A stretch of DNA of 64,000 nt from Mycobacteriales bacterium (GTDB lineage: Bacteria; Actinomycetota; Actinomycetes; BP-191), in NCBI GenBank assembly GCA_035714365.1, contig DASTMB010000014.1:55720-119719 (forward strand), in the 5' to 3' direction. Positions 61,088 through 64,000 of the stretch are shown one piece after another. A model generated the notes under the pieces. That model worked only from the letters and a program-made list of their open reading frames with translations. It had not been told where the DNA came from and searched no databases. The position numbers were made by a program, and so were the translations under genes. Position 1 is the stretch's first letter. Each line of letters begins with the position of its first letter.

Positions 61088-64000
61088 CCTCTCGCGCCAC
61101 CCACGGATGTGCAGTCCGGCGAGGAAGTCACGCAGACCCGCGGCGTCCAGTCCCGCCTCCCGTGCGATCCGCCCAGGTCCCGCGCCAGTGCGCGGCTCTT
61201 GACGTCCCGCACTAGCAGCTCGATCGCGAGCGGGGTGTCCACGCCGTATCGCAGATGCGCTGCCGTGCTCGGGTACAGCTGCATCGGGCTTAGGCGCGAG
61301 AGCAGGATGTCGTTCGCATGGCTGACGACGAGCCCCACGGTCCACGACAAGTAGTGCTGAACGCCCTCGCTGATGCCGTCGACCGTCTGCTCGAGCCGGA
61401 ACGCGGGGTCCGGCACGGCCCCCAGGTGCGCATCGGCCAGGTCCGTGAAGTCCCGGCCGGCGACCCAGTCGCGGACCAGAACCGCAGCGGGCACATTCAA
61501 CGAGGCCCCCCTGGGGGACACCTTGAAGCGCCAGTGCTTTTGCGCCTCGGGCACGGCCAGAAGCCTCGAGTACACGTCCAGCTCGGTCAGCACGTCCAGC
61601 GTCGCATCCAAGGACAGCTCCCCGATGCTGCCGAGCTGCTGCACCCGGTCAGCGACGTCCTTCGCGATCGTCTCCAAGACTGCCGCCGTGCCGAGGCTCG
61701 TCCCAGCCTGCGCCCACCGACGTCGTGACGCTGGGGCCGTCCGCGCGTACCGGTCCGCGACGACCTCCGCCAGGGCGAGCCACCGTGCCTTGAGGTCCTC
61801 ACTGAGCTGCGTGAACGCGAACAGGCGCGTAACGACGTCACGCCAGTTGCCTGTTGCGGCCAGGTTCGGCACGAGCTCGAGGGCGTGCATGACGAACCAG
61901 ACGTAGTTGACGAAGCCACCGGTCTGGCCGTCGTGCGGGAGCTGCAAGATCGCATCCTGAGTCTGCGCGACGAGGGCCTCTGCCTCGGCGAGTGCAGCCA
62001 TGGCGGCCTCGTCGGCTAGCGTCGAGCGGACCTCCAGGTCACTCGCAGCGGGGGTCAGCCGGTCGAAGTCGCTGTCCTGCAGAGTCTTGGGTAGCGACAG
62101 GACGATCCAGCCCTCGGACTCCTTGCCGGCGCGGCCCGCGCGACCGACAGCGTTGAGCAGCTGAGCGGGCGTCATACGCTGACCCGGGTCTTGCCCGTCG
62201 TACGACGTCGTGGCGATCACGACCGTCCGCACCGGCAGATTGACACCGTCGGTCAGGGTGCTAGTGGCGACGACGGCTCGGAGCCTCTCGTCACGGATGG
62301 CGTCCTCGACGGCTTCCTGCACCTCGACGGGCAGGCCCGCGTGGTGGTAGCCGATGCCCTTGCGGACGCAGGCCACCAGCGGGTGGTCGGACCCGAGCCG
62401 GGCGGCGAGCGCGTCGGCGAGCCCCTGCGCCCGGGGCTCGTCGTCGAGCATCTCCGCCATGACCTTGGCAGCGTCACGCGCCTGTGCACGTTGCGTGACG
62501 ACCATCAGCAAGCTCCCTGCCCGCAGCAGCCATGTCGCGGTCCGAGCGGTCGTGACGTACGCCGGCGTCGTGTTGCCCTTGCCGGTCACGCGCTCGTTCC
62601 CTCTCAAGACGAGCTGACCGATCGGGGAGTCGTCGGTGGTGACGAGCTCCTTCTGCGTAGCGCTCGTCGGGCGCACCGAGAGCTTCGCGCGAAGGTCGTA
62701 CCGCGTCTTGGGAACTGCGCTGCCGCGCACGGGCACCGTTGTTTGACTCGGCAGAATCTTCTCGGTCGTCATCAGCACGTGCAGCCGCCTGGGGGCCCGC
62801 CACTCATCGGTGAATAGCACGTTGCCCTGGCCGCGGCTCGCCCATGTCGCGAGCGAGGCAGCGTTCCCGATCACGCCAGAGAGCAGCATGAGCCGGGCGC
62901 CGCTCGCCTCGAGAACGGACAGCAGACCGTCCATCAGCAGGCCCCGTCCGCCTGACTGGGCGATGAGGTGCGCCTCGTCGATGATGAACAGGCTGAAGCG
63001 GTCAAGCACCTCCTGCGGCGACTGACGTAGTGCATTCATCAGCCGCTCGGGTGTCATTACCTCCACCTGCGGAAGCGATGCGCCGTCACGGTCGCCGTTG
63101 CTCTCCTCACTGAGGAGGTCCTGGTTGCCGAAGCCGTCCGGGAGATCGGCGCCAAGACGCCGGTCGAGGTAGCGCAGGCGAGACCGGAGGGCTTGGCGCA
63201 TCTCCCTGCCGAGACTGCGCAGCGGCGTGACGTAGCAGACGTCGCCGGTGTCCTGCGCGGTGTGTGCGCAGATGATCAGCTGGGCTAGCAGCGTCTTACC
63301 CGCGCTGGTCGGCACGGACACGAGCAGACGGGACGTGTCCGGGTGGAGCGGCCCGTTCGCCGGGGCGGCGATGAGCTTGCGCTGCGGTGGCCAGAGCGTC
63401 AGGACCGGGTTCCGGTCCAGGGTGAAAGCCTGCTTGACCGCGGCGGGGAGACTCGGGGGCAGGACGGCCCAGACGCTGTTCTCGCCGAGCCCGTCGGCGA
63501 GAGCCAGCAGGTGCGCCGCGACCCAGCGGGTGTCGAGGTCGCTGAGGCCAACCACCTCACGTACGACGAGCTCGAGGTGACCACGCGCGGCGTCCAGGAC
63601 CTCGACGTCGCCTTCGCGCAGGTACGTGACGAGGTCGGCGACGCCGCGCAGCAACCGCTGCGTCGGCCCGAACATGGTTCCGTCGAGGCTCCCGAGCTGT
63701 GTGCCGCGGGTGAGCGCACGAGCGGCGGAGCCCCAGGCCCGCAGCCGCTGGCTGAGGATGGCGACCTCCATGCCGAGGAACAAGATCCCGGCGTGTAGGG
63801 CGACGTCGCCACCGTTCGTAAAGGCCGGGATCGGGGTGTCGTCGTCACGAAGGTGCCGACGGATCGCGGCGGCGTTCGGGCTCTGGTCTGCGCGGTGGTA
63901 CCCGACCTGGGCCGCGAACGCGGTGTTCAACCGGGCGGTCCCGACCTCAGCGGGGTCGGACAGGAGTAGGTCGAGGACGTGCGAGCTGACCGCGAAGGCG
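61084..64000 (-). CDS. Large DEAH-box superfamily-2 helicase (Lhr/Ski2-like), 5' partial (the frame continues beyond the window end)
   Basis: Motif I 'PTSAGKTLLAQL'. Motif II 'FIIDEAHLI'. Motif VI 'NAVGRAGRAG'. No stop upstream of 63930 up to position 64000. Confidence 0.8.
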   Translation of the reverse strand, partial: AFAVSSHVLDLLLSDPAEVGTARLNTAFAAQVGYHRADQSPNAAAIRRHLRDDDTPIPAFTNGGDVALHAGILFLGMEVAILSQRLRAWGSAARALTRGTQLGSLDGTMFGPTQRLLRGVADLVTYLREGDVEVLDAARGHLELVVREVVGLSDLDTRWVAAHLLALADGLGENSVWAVLPPSLPAAVKQAFTLDRNPVLTLWPPQRKLIAAPANGPLHPDTSRLLVSVPTSAGKTLLAQLIICAHTAQDTGDVCYVTPLRSLGREMRQALRSRLRYLDRRLGADLPDGFGNQDLLSEESNGDRDGASLPQVEVMTPERLMNALRQSPQEVLDRFSLFIIDEAHLIAQSGGRGLLMDGLLSVLEASGARLMLLSGVIGNAASLATWASRGQGNVLFTDEWRAPRRLHVLMTTEKILPSQTTVPVRGSAVPKTRYDLRAKLSVRPTSATQKELVTTDDSPIGQLVLRGNERVTGKGNTTPAYVTTARTATWLLRAGSLLMVVTQRAQARDAAKVMAEMLDDEPRAQGLADALAARLGSDHPLVACVRKGIGYHHAGLPVEVQEAVEDAIRDERLRAVVATSTLTDGVNLPVRTVVIATTSYDGQDPGQRMTPAQLLNAVGRAGRAGKESEGWIVLSLPKTLQDSDFDRLTPAASDLEVRSTLADEAAMAALAEAEALVAQTQDAILQLPHDGQTGGFVNYVWFVMHALELVPNLAATGNWRDVVTRLFAFTQLSEDLKARWLALAEVVADRYARTAPASRRRWAQAGTSLGTAAVLETIAKDVADRVQQLGSIGELSLDATLDVLTELDVYSRLLAVPEAQKHWRFKVSPRGASLNVPAAVLVRDWVAGRDFTDLADAHLGAVPDPAFRLEQTVDGISEGVQHYLSWTVGLVVSHANDILLSRLSPMQLYPSTAAHLRYGVDTPLAIELLVRDVKSRALARDLGGSHGRRDWTPRVCVTSSPDCTSVGGARG

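Noticed and set aside
60617-61354. 245-aa plus-strand ORF between the GHKL gene and the helicase
   Set aside because: Antisense to both the helicase 3' end and the alternative-frame continuation. Arg-rich with no RBS.

Overview
This is a high-GC, Actinobacteria-like chromosomal window, with G+C around 70 percent in the core genes. By eye it reads as a mosaic of a native backbone and several accessory insertions.

(1) Positions 1-12.4 kb hold a tandemly duplicated cassette. Each copy encodes a giant secreted repeat protein (cadherin/Ig-like 'VNDAPSFT' repeats followed by a right-handed beta-helix) and three paralogous phage-tail-collar (MdpB-like) proteins, and each copy is followed by one member of a small uncharacterised protein family.

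(2) Positions 12.5-34.1 kb are housekeeping and envelope genes. They include a PHP hydrolase, PAP2/DedA/DAG-kinase lipid-phosphate genes, an S8 subtilase carrying 18 tandem WTGTA repeats, a GAF-PAS histidine kinase, an ECF sigma/anti-sigma pair, an LPXTG-like surface protein, aceE, an M36 fungalysin-like peptidase, a peroxiredoxin and an MFS transporter.

(3) tRNA-Val at 34174-34249 is followed by lower-GC DNA carrying a 1004-aa STAND NTPase-TPR protein and a translationally coupled small acidic protein.

(4) Next comes a compact locus of three paralogous precursor-like peptides of 57-60 aa. Each has a conserved double-glycine-type leader and a 4-Cys core. The locus also carries a DinB_2-family gene, and a strong compound hairpin follows peptide 1.

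(5) Housekeeping genes follow (Nif3 homologue, zinc-ribbon protein, RNase H/histidine-phosphatase fusion, ArsR-SRPBCC regulator, mycothiol-dependent isomerase-like enzyme, PPOX-like protein) and end at an RNase P RNA gene (rnpB).

(6) From about 46.5 kb to the window end there is a low-GC island, roughly 50 percent G+C in sampled stretches. It has the look of a defence island: a DUF433/DUF5615 toxin-antitoxin pair, a membrane coiled-coil protein, a DUF3883-like nuclease protein, a 7x zinc-ribbon repeat protein with an embedded Vsr/DUF559-like nuclease fold, a 1511-aa GHKL-ATPase plus DUF3883 protein, and a large DEAH-box helicase that is partial at the window edge.

No CRISPR array, integrase or transposase was recognisable. 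All calls rest on reading the translated ORFs by eye. No database search was run.
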